From: Podarcis filfolensis | Taxonomy: Eukaryota | Reading direction: 5' to 3' (one strand) | NCBI GenBank assembly: GCA_964270895.1 | Contig: OZ185441.1 | DNA length: 64,000 bases | Shown: positions 12,201-23,908 of the stretch, piece after piece | How the letters are laid out: every line of letters starts with the position of its first letter | Numbering within the stretch: the stretch's first letter is position 1 | Program-made: the position numbers and the translations under genes | Notes under the pieces: model-generated | Database searches by the model: none | Seen by the model: only the letters and a program-made list of their open reading frames with translations | Told to the model about the DNA's origin: nothing

Positions 12201-15200
12201 TAATCACGTAACTCTAATTGTGAAGAGATTGGGAACAATTAACTATGTGCCCTGGACATGATTGACACATACATGGGCATCCTTTGATTTCTAATTCCTT
12301 AGTTACTCTCCACAATATGTGTGAACTGGCTCCATTGACACATAGGAATAAGTTACATTTAGGGCTCAGTCACATGTGCAATTAATCAAGCGATGAACAC
12401 ACAGAGCTCAGATGTTTAGATGTATGATATAATGACATTAGTTTTGTTCCTTGAAGGTGCCTGATTATGAGTGTGAGAAACCCGCAGCAGTCCACACTGC
12501 TTTCCACAGAATCCTTGCAGAACTCAATAAGTCCAGCACCAACTATGAGCTGAGCTTTGCCAACCGGCTCTACGGAGACCAGTCCATTGCTTTTCTTCAG
12601 GTAATTTCTGGACGGTTCATTATGCGGTCCAACTTTCAAAGAGTAGTGTCATATCTCCAAAACAGTTTGGTACAAATGCTTTACCTGGTTTGCTATTATT
12701 CAAAACTTGGATAAATTGATAATGCTTGTTGTTAGCTGCTTAATTCTAGACACAGAGAGACAGAACTTTCAGTAATGTGTTAAATAATTATTCCTGTTTT
12801 CATACAGAAATTCCTGTACTGTGCTCTGAAACTGTACTTGACTGAGGTGGATGGAGCTGACATTCACTATGCCCCAGAAGAAGTCCGGAGGCTGATAAAC
12901 CTTTGGGCTGAAGTCCAGACACATGGTATTATTATGAAGTGGGGTTTTTTTTGGGGGGGGGGAGGAGTAAGCTGTATGCCTGCAAGACCCTTCTCATTCC
13001 TGGATCCAGCAAGTGTTAACATCTAAGCAAGGATTCAAACTTATGGAATAGCTAGGCTAGCTTCCTAGTAATAGCCAAAGTAAAGGTAATAGCCAAAGTA
13101 AAGGTAAAGGTAAAGGTAAAGGGACCCCTGACTGTTAGGTCCAGTCGCGGACGACTCTGGGGTTGTGGCACTCATCTCGCTTTATTGGTTGAGGGAGCTG
13201 GCGTACAGCTTCCGGGTCATGTGGCCAGCATGACTAAGCCACTTCTGGTGAACCAGAGCAGCACATGAAAATGCTGTTTACCTTCCTGCTGGAGCGGTAC
13301 CTATTTATCTACTTGCACTTTGACGTACTTTTGAACTGCTGGGTGGGCAGGAGCAGGGACCGAGCAACGGGAGCTCTGGAATAACTTGTGATCTGATGCC
13401 ATCCCTTTGAAGCTAAGTGTATTAGCACACACTACAGTTAATGTAGCAGCAGCCATTTGCTTAGTTAGTATACTTTGTATATTAGCAATAAAAAGAAATT
13501 CAAGTTTGCAGGTTTTATTTCCCTTAAGCAAATAAAGGATTGCCTCTTCCTGAAGACATTAATGTTTCCCGCAATCCCATTTGTATATGGCTGGGCATGA
13601 TATCTTTTCCAGACTGAAACCTTCCTTTAATTATTAATGGGTCCATATACCTAAAGATCCAGAAGCCTTCTCGTATTTAATATTTATGTAGCGCCATCAA
13701 CGTGCAGGACACTTTACAGGGTGACGTAAGCAAATAGATAGATCCTTGCCTCAAAGAGGTCACAGTGCAAGGTCACATCCTTATTCAACTAAATGGTTGT
13801 GCCAGCAGAAGCCAGCACAATGCTTCCTGTGATGCAATAGGACTTTCCCTCTCTCCTCCCCACCATGTGCCCTTGTGTCCTTTCCAAATCTCCTTTAAAT
13901 CTGCAATATGCTTAAATGTATGGTATGGATGTGATCCCAATGTAAATATCTGTGAAGGAGACAACAGACATGGGTGACTCATCCTTGGTAACAAGGGATG
14001 GATGTGAGTCTTCCTTCCTGTACTACAAATAAACTACAGAAGGCCTTACCCCCAACATTGTTTTAAAGGTAAAATCCAGGATCTTCTCCCGAAGGACAGC
14101 TTTGATTGTCTCGCTCAACTTCTGCACGTGAACACTCTCTACTTTAAAGGGCAATGGGATGTGAAATTTGACAAAGAACTCACCAGAGTAGATAGATTCT
14201 ACTTGACTGAGGTAAGTTCCAGAAATATACCTGTTCCAGAAATATACCTAGAGGTTTGTATTTCCTTATGCTCTAAATGTTTTCAGAGCAAGAAGAGGAC
14301 TCTAAGAAATAGTGTCTATGTGGCACCATTGCTGGTTTCAGGTACTTTTCAAAGGTTACTAAAGCTCTGTTGGAACAACGGGGTCTTTATGAGCTACACA
14401 GGAATAATGCAACATAAACCACTCAACCTGGTTTCAAAGAAGATTCAACCACCACTTTCCTTGTTGATCATATGAGTTGGGAAGGAGAATATAAAACTGG
14501 TTCTGTATTGTTTTCTGAGATTTTCTAGCTCTGCAGAATTCTTTTGTTTTTAAACAAGAGAACGAGTGAACAAAGGAGGGTGCAAGAACATTAAAATTCC
14601 CTTGTTTCTAGACCAACTCATAAGCAGATCTTGGTGGTGAAGACTACAGTGTATTAACCATCCTAGCCCACCATTGTAAAAAGTGCCTGTATCAGCTCAT
14701 AAGCTGCACTCACAGTTTCAGTTTCTGTTGCCAGCAACTCCCTTCTGTATGTCCTTTTTCTCTGTAAGGCTCTTGCAAAATTCTTGTTGGTTGCACAACA
14801 TCTGTGTGGCCTTTTCTTAATAAGTCTGCCTCTGTTGTTTATCTCTAGTACAGGGGTAGCCAACATGGCGCCTTCCAGATTCTGTTCGATTCTTAACTCC
14901 CTGTGACCTCAGGTAGTCAGGGATGATAGGAGTTGTAGTCCACAACATCTGGAGGGGAACACTGGTTCTTTTCCACATTACTCAAATCTCCATTGCTTCT
15001 GTACATGAAGTTTACATGTTTAGTCATGATGGCTAAAAGCCACAGGTAGACCTATCTTCCATGATATTGGACCACTTCTTTTAAAACACCATATAAAATA
15101 GTGACTGTCCTATCATTGTGTGACAATGATGTCTGTGACTTTAGTAAAGTGGTATATGAATAAATATTTAAGAAATTTCTTCTGATCCTACTGCAAATCA

Positions 15201-18200
15201 ATTTAATTGGATGGGTCTATGTCAGGCTTCCTCAACCTTGGCCCTCCAGATGTTTTTGGCCTACAACTCCCATGATCCCTAGCTAGCAGGACCAGTGGTC
15301 AGGGATGATGGTAATTGTAGTCTCAAAAACATCTGGAGGGCCGATGTTGAGGAAGCCTGGTCTATGTTCTAAAAGAGTAGTTCCTGAGCTTTTTCTCCCA
15401 CAGACCACTTGAAAATTGCAGAGAGTATTGATTTTTCTGCCTGTTGTATCTATTGTATTGGTCTGTGCATAAACATTTCAGTTGTTGTTTTTCCTCACCC
15501 CACCCAACTAAACTAAGAACAAGAACATGCATAGGGAGACCCGTAAATTGTTGCTTGTGATTATAAGTTATAATGTGACTGGTGTTTTGAAATTTTCATG
15601 GGTGCCCATGATTTGAATTTGAATTTGTCAGCATCTTGAGCCAAACAGGTGTTTTGAAACTCTAAAAGGATTTCCGCGTGTCTGAATTGGTAAGCTTGAA
15701 TATGTCATTTCAGAGTTTTCTGCAGATCAGTTACTGACAAAAACAAAACTAATCCACAGAGCACAAAGATGAGTTGACTTTCTGTTTTCCTTCATATTTC
15801 TCACAGGACGTTTGCACAAATGTACAGCTGATGTACCGGAAGGGCCAGTATAATATCGGCACAATTGAGGGATGTGATGTGCAGATGCTTGAGATTCCCT
15901 ACAGAAACAATGAGCTGAGTTTGTTCATATTGCTGCCCAGAGACTGCGACCCTGAATCTCTTCAACAGGTAACATTCTGATGATTCCTCCCCCTTTGCAT
16001 AGGGCTGACATCTCCTTTACAAACAGGTTCTGAAACTGAAGTTGCTTGTAGCACTGACAAAACCAAAAAGCAAAGCCCCTCATTTTTGTGCCAGGCTTGG
16101 CAATCCAGAGGATCCCTATTGCTTGCCAGCTGTAGGGCTTGTTGTTGTCTTCCCCTGTTGTTGTCCACACCTGAAGAGGGCTCTGGGGCCTGAGCACACA
16201 CATTCGTTATAGCTCACTAAGCCAGGTCACAGTTTATGGTTCAAGTTTGAGAGTTAGGAAGATAGGTCGGCATCAGTGAAGTGCTTCTGCTAGTGCAAGG
16301 ACCTCTGTTTCTGCAACTGAACTTCTCCTCCCTCTCCTCCTTTGTGCAATCCAAAGTCCTTGCAACTGTGCAACTGTGCAATCCAAAGTCCTTGCCAACT
16401 GTGGTGATCACACAGGGTCCCCGGACGTTTGACGGTCTATTGATCCCTGTGCCACCACTGTGATTGCCTCTTCGCTGCCACCAACCCGTTTCTCTCGGGT
16501 ACACACGGAGTCCAGACAGTTGTTAACATTAACAAATAATCAAGTTTATTTTATAGGCATGAACAAGCTTATGGTTTCAGTTATTTTTTCTTGGCAGTTT
16601 CTTAATCTTAGTTTCTTTTACTGTCCTATACATTCCTAACAACTTCAAACTGATTATCCCAACTATCTATCTGACTCCACCTAACAATTCCTCTCACTCT
16701 CTCACAACACAACTCAACCAACCCACAGACTTATCCTCCCTCTTTCTTCTCCAACCCCCAACTCTCAACTGACTTCTAACTCTAAGTCCTCCTATCAGTT
16801 TCTCTCTGACCAATCACATCACACTCATTTAACTCTTTCCTTATGAGCCACCTAGGAGGCAAACGCCACACCAACCTATGTTTCTAACTCTCAAACCCTT
16901 GTAAAACTGCCTTCAACCAGGCCAGGTGATTTATCCAGCATTGCCCACTCAAGCGTGGCAGTGTTTCAAATGCATCATATACTATACAGTGGTACCTCAG
17001 GTTAAGTACTTAATTCGTTCCGGAGGTCCGTACTTAACCTGAAACTGTTCTTAACCTGAAGCACCACTTTAGCTAGTGGGGCCTTCTGCTGCTGCCGAGC
17101 CGCCGGAGCACAATTTCTGTTCTCATCTTGAAGCACTATTTCTGGGTTAGCGGAGTCTGTAACCTGAAGCGTATGTAACCCGAGGTACCACTGTACTGGA
17201 GAGCTTCTACACTCAAAGGGCAAGCTCTATCACTGAGCTGTGGTCACTGAGTTCCTGTTACACATTTCCTACACTTCCAACTGCAGTCAGTGTGAACCCT
17301 CCCAAGCTGGCTGCTGCTCGGTTATCAAATTCTTTTACTTTTGCCACCCTCCGACTGCAGTACCTCTGCTGTGCCACCCCTGCTCCCAACTGCATTACAT
17401 AGTCTCTCTTCTGGACCAATTTAGCTGTGGTCTGAGGTAAATGGACCCAGCACAACCAGGGAATCGCAAACTGGTCCCACCAACTTTGAGACTCTAGAAA
17501 TGTGTCACAAGGCACCATTTGACTGTTTATAAATTTCAACCTTGTATGAGCAGCCCCCGCCTGGCTGATGTCATGTCATGTTACAAATTATGCATGCGTT
17601 GAATCTCAAATGTCAGTATGACATTTTTGAAACCACTGAAAAATAATTGGGGGTATGATGTGCTAGAAAAATATTATTGTGTCAATGTTTGTTGCCAAAT
17701 TTATGTCATGCGGTTATTTGCGTGGACAGGCGGAGTCCCCCAAACCCTGGGCACCCCCCCATGTGGAATAACGACTCAAGACAACGTGCTATGGGATTAA
17801 ATTGGCCACAACTTTATTATATTACAGATGTGGGTAGACCTGGGCTCAGGCATTGGGCGTTATCCCTCCCCAGTCCCCAGCTGAGGATCTAGAAAACATC
17901 AGGGTTATCCAGTGTGTGTGGGGGGGATGGGCCAGCTCTGGAGAACATATGTTCAAGCAGAGATAGCCGCCCCCGTTACGCCGCCGTCACAGGGGAGAGC
18001 AATGACGACCTCTCGGCGTACGGTCAAAGACTCCCCTCAGAAACCCCTTTAATAGGGAACTCTGGTATCGCCGCTGCAAAGAGGAAGGGGGTGTGGGTCA
18101 CCGCTGCACGCCCCTCCCATTCAGGAAGATAGACTAAGGGATTCCGCCCAAGGCTTGATACCGCCACCCGAGACCGCACAGTTGCAGTCTACACCTGAAA

Positions 18201-18884
18201 AGACCCTTCATCATCCGCCAACCAATCCGACAGGCCATGCCTGATGTCACTCAGCCAACGCTCATTACCAAGGCTCGATAGGTGCCCACCACCGGGCCTG
18301 AATAGCTCCTTCATGTATACTTTAATGCTGGGATGCTTCACGACCCGACCTCCCATGCACGTGGTTGCCGAGCGCAACGCCCTATTGACTTTTTCAATAG
18401 CGTAGTTAAGTCTGGTGGATTTGATGTTAATCTGGTTTCTTTTATTGATCAGTGTATCAATCACATCACTGTCATTTCTTTGCACCTCCAGCTGGAAGAT
18501 GGACTTAGCTACGAGCAACTGCTCAACTGGTCCTGCATTCTGAAGCCAGAAGAAGTTGAGGTGGTTATCCCGAAATTCAGCTTAGAAAAGAGCATCGAAG
18601 TTAATGCATACTTAGACCTGTCACCTCTGACTGATCCCGAGAAAGCAGATTTATCTGGCGCAACCACAACAGAAGGTGTGGCTCTGACTCAGCTTGTCCA
18701 CGATACTTTCATCGAGATTGATGAGGAGGGCGGTGAAGAAGCAGAGGCCCCCGCATGCCCAAGGGATAGGCGCCCACGTCAGGAACCAAAGGCATTCCTG
18801 GCTAACCATCCTTTCTTGTATTTTGTCCTGCACAAATGCACCCAAAGCCTTATTGCCTTTGGTAAATTTGCTAGACCAGAATAA
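6096..18884 (+). CDS. Serpin gene A: clade B (ov-serpin) family, predicted non-inhibitory, about 456 aa, 8 coding exons
   Basis: Coding exons 6096-6263, 9495-9626, 10567-10677, 12457-12600, 12808-12925, 14069-14211, 15807-15968, 18492-18884; all GT-AG and in frame. Serpin motifs NVLFSP, SFANRLY, INLW..QT.GKI.DLL, VNTLYFKGQW, LEIPY, IPKFSLE, FLANHPFLYF..FGKFARPE. The 168/118/143-bp exons match ovalbumin-type gene structure; no signal peptide. Confidence 0.9.
6632..6780 (+). mobile_element. tRNA-Lys-derived SINE with CR1-type tail
   Basis: GATAGCTCAGTTGGTAGAGCATGAGACTCTT head; TTCCAACTCTACAATTCTATGATTCTAT tail. Confidence 0.7.
7030..7232 (+). mobile_element. Degenerate tRNA-derived SINE
   Basis: GCTAAGTGGTAGAGTACATG head; GATGGAC...AAGGCATCTTCCTACATTCCT tail. 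Confidence 0.55.
7586..8591 (-). mobile_element. L1/Tx1-like LINE internal RT fragment in gene A intron 2
   Basis: ORF 7600-8580 with GTRQGCPISPLLF and AFADDL; 18-bp TSD AGAAAG(G/A)TCTAACTCTTT at 7568-7585 and 8592-8609; same family as 33410-35988. Confidence 0.92.
9495..9626 (+). CDS. Gene A exon 3a (end of helix C and Arg-rich CD loop)
   Basis: ttccattccag|ATA CTT CAC TGG: ILHWDELKECAAPVRRRYFRTRRSYGRLEDRLRTPLYFRTSPTV, homologous to VLHWDEVKEC in genes C/D; donor GTATTT is weaker, so the 3' end is less certain. Confidence 0.8.
10567..10677 (+). CDS. Gene A exon 3b (extra CD-loop exon)
   Basis: tttgttttcattttag|GGC...GAG|gtaatg, 111 bp, phase 0-0, GLRSHDIKEGLRLGAAPRGSPTDSRQRPESPCCPPHE; its end resembles PEPRCPRR of exon 3b in C/D. 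Confidence 0.7.
10793..11445. repeat. Unclassified AT-rich interspersed repeat; related pieces near 1570-1720, 41470-41590, 45345-45640, 52040-52445, 60465-60790
   Basis: Recurring blocks such as GGAGAACTAAATTTAAGATT and AATTTGCACTAAAATGCT seen on both strands; boundaries approximate. Confidence 0.55.
11676..11915 (+). mobile_element. Squam3-like SINE
   Basis: Same consensus, (CTT)n tail. Confidence 0.8.
12457..12600 (+). CDS. Gene A exon 4
   Basis: VPDYECEKPAAVHTAFHRILAELNKSSTNYELSFANRLYGDQSIAFLQ; AG/GT boundaries; 144 bp. Confidence 0.92.
12808..12925 (+). CDS. Gene A exon 5
   Basis: KFLYCALKLYLTEVDGADIHYAPEEVRRLINLWAEVQTHG; 118 bp, phase 0-1. Confidence 0.93.
13095..13376 (-). mobile_element. 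Sauria SINE, 5'-truncated
   Basis: (AAAGGT)n tail and reverse-complement body. Confidence 0.8.
14069..14211 (+). CDS. Gene A exon 6
   Basis: KIQDLLPKDSFDCLAQLLHVNTLYFKGQWDVKFDKELTRVDRFYLTE; 143 bp, phase 1-0. Confidence 0.93.
15223..15359. mobile_element. hAT-type MITE
   Basis: TIR CAGGCTTCCTCAAC, perfect 8-bp TSD GTCTATGT. Confidence 0.85.
15807..15968 (+). CDS. Gene A exon 7
   Basis: DVCTNVQLMYRKGQYNIGTIEGCDVQMLEIPYRNNELSLFILLPRDCDPESLQQ; 162 bp. Confidence 0.92.
16400..16870 (-). mobile_element. Solo LTR in gene A intron 7
   Basis: TG...CA termini, 5-bp TSD CCAAC; second copy at 51441-51925; AATAAA on the minus strand. Confidence 0.8.
16987..17193. mobile_element. Tc1/mariner-type MITE
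   Basis: TA|CAGTGGTACCTC...GAGGTACCACTG|TA. Confidence 0.88.
17704..18395. mobile_element. CpG-rich LTR-like insertion, boundaries uncertain
   Basis: Starts TGTCA, CpG-rich, TTTATT motif; absent from the 188-bp intron 7 of gene C; no TSD found. Confidence 0.4.
18492..18884 (+). CDS. Gene A exon 8 (RCL and C-terminus)
   Basis: LEDGLSYEQLLNW...IDEEGGEEAEAPACPRDRRPRQEPKAFLANHPFLYFVLHKCTQSLIAFGKFARPE*; 393 bp. Confidence 0.93.
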   Translation: MEDGLSYEQLLNWSCILKPEEVEVVIPKFSLEKSIEVNAYLDLSPLTDPEKADLSGATTTEGVALTQLVHDTFIEIDEEGGEEAEAPACPRDRRPRQEPKAFLANHPFLYFVLHKCTQSLIAFGKFARPE

Positions 18885-18904
18885 GCAGCACTCTAGTGGC
18901 TGGG

Positions 18905-19285
18905 AATAAAACTGATATAAGCATAACACAGCTACAGTACAGTGAGAGGTAGACAACATGAGACATTTGGTACCAGGATTTCCTTTTATAACAGTGCTTG
19001 AAACCCAGCAGATCTTAATCCAGAATAAAACATCTAAATCCTAAATCTCCTAACCCTTTTTATATGCTAATATTTACATGGCTGCTGGCAAAAAGCTCTT
19101 GAAAACTGCTGGAAGTTTTCCTAATCTTTCAGGGTGACCTTTGTTCGCTGGATTAGAATTGTTGCTTGTGCAAGACTTTTCTCATAACCCCCACCCACCA
19201 CCCAAAAGAAGCGTCACTGTGTTCAGTGCGAGTAACATTTTTCTGTACCACTGATTCTTAATAAAAGCAAGCATTCAAATAAAAC
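18905..19285 (+). terminator. Candidate polyadenylation signals of gene A
   Basis: AATAAA at 18905, about 19260 and about 19279; the distal block (AATAAA.CAAGCATT.AATAA.ACATTGTTG) is conserved near 50337-50370 in gene C. Confidence 0.55.
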
Positions 19286-19369
19286 ATTGTTGTCTTTTTT
19301 TCTTCAAAGATGTATGTTTCACTCAGTCAAACATGCTGATGGCCCTACCAAGTAGGGCCAGCCATGCTT

Positions 19370-19770
19370 TTCTTTTTTCTTTTGGTACTTAGGCAAATCT
19401 TTGGTTTTCCCCAAACCTGCTGAGTCCTCGGAGATCTGCCCCCTGCCTTGCAGGTCTTTTCCACCTGGCCTGGGAGGGCAGGGTTCTGGTTGACTCCAGC
19501 TACAAAAACTGAGTCTGCTGAACTCTTGGGCTGAGATGTTGTTTAGGGGGTTATGCTGGGGAACGTTGTTGCTGATATTATTATTTTTGTATCTTTATTT
19601 TAGATCTTATAATTTATGTGCAACATGTTTGATTTGGTTGTGTATTTTTTGATGTTTTACTGATTGCTTATGACTACTTTTGTTATGCTGTAATTATGTA
19701 TTTTCTCATGTTGTAAGCTGCCTTGGGCCTGGTTTGAAGCACGGAAAGACTTCATACAAATAAAAATGAT
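19370..19770 (+). mobile_element. Degenerate L2-like 3' end
   Basis: Ends TGTAAGCTGCCTTGGGCC...AAATAAAA, similar to the reverse complement of 36245-36580. Confidence 0.4.
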
Positions 19771-20840
19771 GTATTATATATGTATGATTCCTCCCTATTG
19801 TGTGGATACAGTGCCATTTTGGCTACATATGAATCCACATTCAGCAAATGAGTTTCCTATTAGAATACAAGATTTTTAAAAATCTGAGAACAGTATGTAA
19901 GAGGTCCGATTCAATGGGAGCAGATGTACCTCAGATCTCAGCATGCAAGGCGAAAACATGTTTTTCTTAACATGCACATCAGAAGGTCTCTACTTTCTCT
20001 ACATTATGGGAACAGTTAAAGAACTGCAGTAATTTTGAAGGCAAGACCAAGCATACTTTCAAGTAAAAGTTCATTAAGTGAAAGAACAATAACAGGAAGA
20101 AGATCTGTTGGTGTTATCATGGAAACTGGCCAATAAATGCCCCATGGCAACAGTGGGCAGACCTCAAGCTTCTCAGGTCTACTTTGTTTAAGAACTCCAA
20201 TATTTACAAACCAGAGCACAAAAAGCACACAGGTAGAACTACAGAACTAGATGCCTCTGGGTGCATTCTGAGGAATTTAAATTCAACTCACAGTCCGATC
20301 TCTTAATAGTTAATCTCTGGTTACCCCATACTTGGCAATCTAATCTGAGGTGGTGGAGGGGAAAGGGTACTGTATTTAAACAGTTGGGAGCCAGTGGTTG
20401 GATTCAACTAAGTCCCACTCAGAGCAGATCCACTGAAACTAATGAACCCACTCTAATCATGTCCACTAAATTCAGTAGATCTACTCTGAGCAGGACTTGC
20501 ATTGGGCACCACTCAGGATCTTTTGCATATCTATTAAATACAATCCAGAGATCAATGAGTAGATCCTGATCTGCCATCTGCCCATCCTTGCCCCGTGGTA
20601 TTATTTGCAAAACCATAGTAAACACACCATTCCAAATACAATACAGCGTATGTGTGTGAACATTTTCAGCCTCATGAAACTTTCCAGCTAGGAAAATGTG
20701 ACTTTCCTGCAAGACACAGGCTAGCTGTCTAAAAGATGCTTGGATTCCCTGTTACAATGGGGGGGGGGGTGGTTTCATCTGGAAATGCCACCTAATGTGT
20801 CATATGCCTCCTAAATTCTTCAAACGTTGTTGAAAATGAA

Positions 20841-20871
<31 letters not shown>

Positions 20872-22329
20872 ATTTGTGTAGAGGGTCAGGTGTACTACCT
20901 GAAGAGCCCATATGTTTTCCAGGAAATCTCCATACAGCCTCGAAGGGATGCTTCACTGAGAAACATGATTTGATGATAATCTATGTGTGAAAAATAATAA
21001 TGGATGGAACACAGGAGGAAGTATATCCTATCTAGACAGTAGACAAAATCATGCACACATTCGATTTGCATATTTAGTAGCTACAAAGGGAACACTTTTA
21101 AATATGCATCTTTGGCTTATTTCCTGTCACTTATTCACCACCAAATCTATTGCATAGCATCCCCCCCCCCGCCTGTTTGTGGATGCAGAGCAACGTTTTC
21201 TCAGCTATTGCATGCATATAGTTTGGTAAGTTTACATCTACATTGGAAAATTGCATTAATGAAAAGGGGATGTTCAGCCAAAGGTGATACAATACTTGGC
21301 TACCTTGCTTTAAAAAGCCAAACGTCATTACAGATCCTAAACAAGGATATATTGATCAAAACATCAATTGCTACTTTATTTCTCAAAACAGGCCAGGGCA
21401 GTATACATTCGCCTCCCTGCTCTCCTCTCAATACCTTGGTGAGATACTTTCAGCTGACACATAAGCATAGCTGTCAACTTTTCCTTTTTCTTGCGAGGAA
21501 TCCTATTCGGAATAAGGGAATTTCCCTTAAAAAAAGGAAAAGTTGACAGCTATGCGCATAAGCATCCTTCAGGCTCTCAGAAGAACATGGGGGGGTGGGT
21601 GGGCTTCAAACTTGCTAGGGGAAGAAGGTGCAATTGCCCTGCCTCCAGTGTGTGCCAGGGACACCCACTAATCCTTCATGCATTGAACGTGGAGATCTGA
21701 TGGGAAACTGCAGCTACATTCAATAACATGCAGTTAGATTGAGAGCTGGTCCACCTATGAGGCAGGATGAAGCACCCGCCTTAGGCGATGGAAGTGCAAG
21801 AGGTTGTGCTCCACCCACTCCACTGCTTCTGCCACCCAACATTGCCACTTGTCTTCCTTACCCCCAGGCAGAGAAGCTGAGTGGCAACGCTTTAAGGCAT
21901 GCCTGGGCTCCTGCAGAGTATGCCAAGACCCAGGGCATTCCTGCATGCCACATTGCTCCTTGTCTTCTGCTGCCCGCCACTCCCACCCAAGGGGAGAAGG
22001 TCAGTGGCAATGCTGGGACAGGAGGTGACAGTTCCCATTTGCTCAGGTGGTGAAGTGGGCCCCTGGTTAGACTGCTCTCTGCCATTGGAAACCTTGCAGA
22101 ATTTGGGTTCCTGGCTGAAGGGAATAGTCTAACTGCTTTGAGCAGAACGTTGTTGGAATTGCCTCGTAGAGTTTTGAAGGCAAGAGAGGATGGGTATTGG
22201 AACTGCTAAAAATTAGCCGCTGTTTCTTTAATACAAAAGGAACTGACTCTGCATGAGTCAGCAGCCTACAACGAATCGGCAAAGCCTGCATGACTCATGC
22301 AACCTTTCACCTACATATGCTTGTATATA

Positions 22330-22560
22330 CAGTGGTACCTCGGGTTACAGACGCTTCAGGTTACAGGCACTTCAGGTTACAGACTCCGCTAACCCAGAAA
22401 TAGTACCTCGGGTTAAGAACTTTGCTTTAGGATGAGAACAGAAATGGCGCGGCAGCAGCGGGAGGCCCCATTAGCTAAAGTGGTGCTTCAGGTTAAGAAC
22501 AGTTTCAGGTTAAGAACGGACCCCCAGAATGAATTAAGTTCTTAACCCGAGGTACCACTG
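22330..22560. mobile_element. Tc1/mariner-type MITE
   Basis: TA-flanked TIRs CAGTGGTACCTCGGGTTA. Confidence 0.88.
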
Positions 22561-23134
22561 TATAGAGTGGTCATTGTTTGTGTGTGGCATGGGTTGGGTT
22601 AGTTGAAAGCTGGTTGAGTTAATATGTATAAAGCTGTCGGTCGCGGTGGGATAAGAAGATTTTTAAGAATAAAAGCAGCAATACTCTGCAAAGATACTCT
22701 TTCTCACGGACTCTTTTGTGCCAACTAGGGTCCAAGGACCAGGCGAAGGAATCAAAGGAGGTCAGAACCTTTTCTTTTTCGAACACTGACAAACACATTC
22801 TCGCACTTCCTTTCTATTTGAGCTCTCACATGTTCTTCTGAACACCTGAAGAGTGTTATAAAGACTTCCTGAAGGCTCCACAGCAAGATAATGGTGGCTG
22901 CATTTCTTAGTCACTTTATACAGCAAAAAATGTCTCAAAATGACTTAAAAGCACAAAGAGGTAGAACCATTTAAAAACCAAAGAAATAAAGAAAACAACA
23001 CGCAATGCATTTTTTAAATTTTTTACATTTTTCTCGACTGAGTGTAAGCAAATAATGATGAAGTGAGTCTTTCCCAAACCAACCTTTCAGCTTACTGGAT
23101 CATAAGGATCTGGGATGGAAGCTCTCCTTGAGCA

Positions 23135-23375
23135 CTGATAACAACATAAGAAGACTGTGCTGGATCGGATGGCTGTGGGAAACCCTCAGGTGGGATTCCA
23201 GCACAAGAGCACTCTCTGCTGTGGTTTCCAGCAAACTGGTATTCAGAAGCATTAATGCCTCCATCTGTGGAGTGGAGCAGAGCAGAGCCATCATAGCTAG
23301 TAGCATGGATAGTCCTCTCCTCCACCGATTTGTCTAATCCTCTTTGAAAGTCATCTAGGTTGGTGGCCATCACTG
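23135..23375 (-). mobile_element. CR1 LINE 3' fragment
   Basis: Minus strand reads MATNLDDFQRGLDKSVEER, the typical CR1 ORF2 end. Confidence 0.65.
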
Positions 23376-23399
23376 GGAATAATCCCCCAGTGTTACTTT

Positions 23400-23590
23400 C
23401 TGAACATAGTCCTTTTCAGAGCTGCTGAGAGATCCAGGAGAAGTAATAATGTGGCATTCTCTTGTCTCTTTCATGGATCCAAAAAAGGTCATCTATCAGT
23501 GTGACCAAGACTGATTTGGTTCTGAAACTGGGTCTGAACCCAAATTGTATCAGATTTTGATGACCAGTCTCATCCAGGAACATCTGCTTG
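23400..23590 (-). mobile_element. L2 LINE RT fragment
   Basis: QFGFRPSFRTKSVLVTLIDDL, a degenerate QSGFRPG.GTETAL motif. Confidence 0.7.
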
Positions 23591-23908
23591 ATGGTATTTT
23601 CACAGTAGTAATTTGGGCCACCTGTGGAAAAATCCAGTGGTTCCATGTTAAAACCATGGGCAATATTCAATATTGGATGGGCAATATCCAACTGGAGCTC
23701 TTCCCAAACTCCCCTCCCCTCCTGTTCTGTGAGTGGATGCCTTCATTAAATGGATATCATCACATCTATATTTTATGCAAGACAACAGATGCTTACGTGT
23801 GATTACTGAGCACATCCTCAATGCATAATACTCTTAGTAGTTTTCATTATGCAAATTACAAATCAAATCACTAGCTACTCGGTATAAATGCAAACTGGAA
23901 TAATGACA

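Noticed and set aside
18333-18491. N-terminal part of ORF 18333-18884 as coding
   Set aside because: Intronic; serpin homology starts at the AG acceptor at 18491, as in gene C
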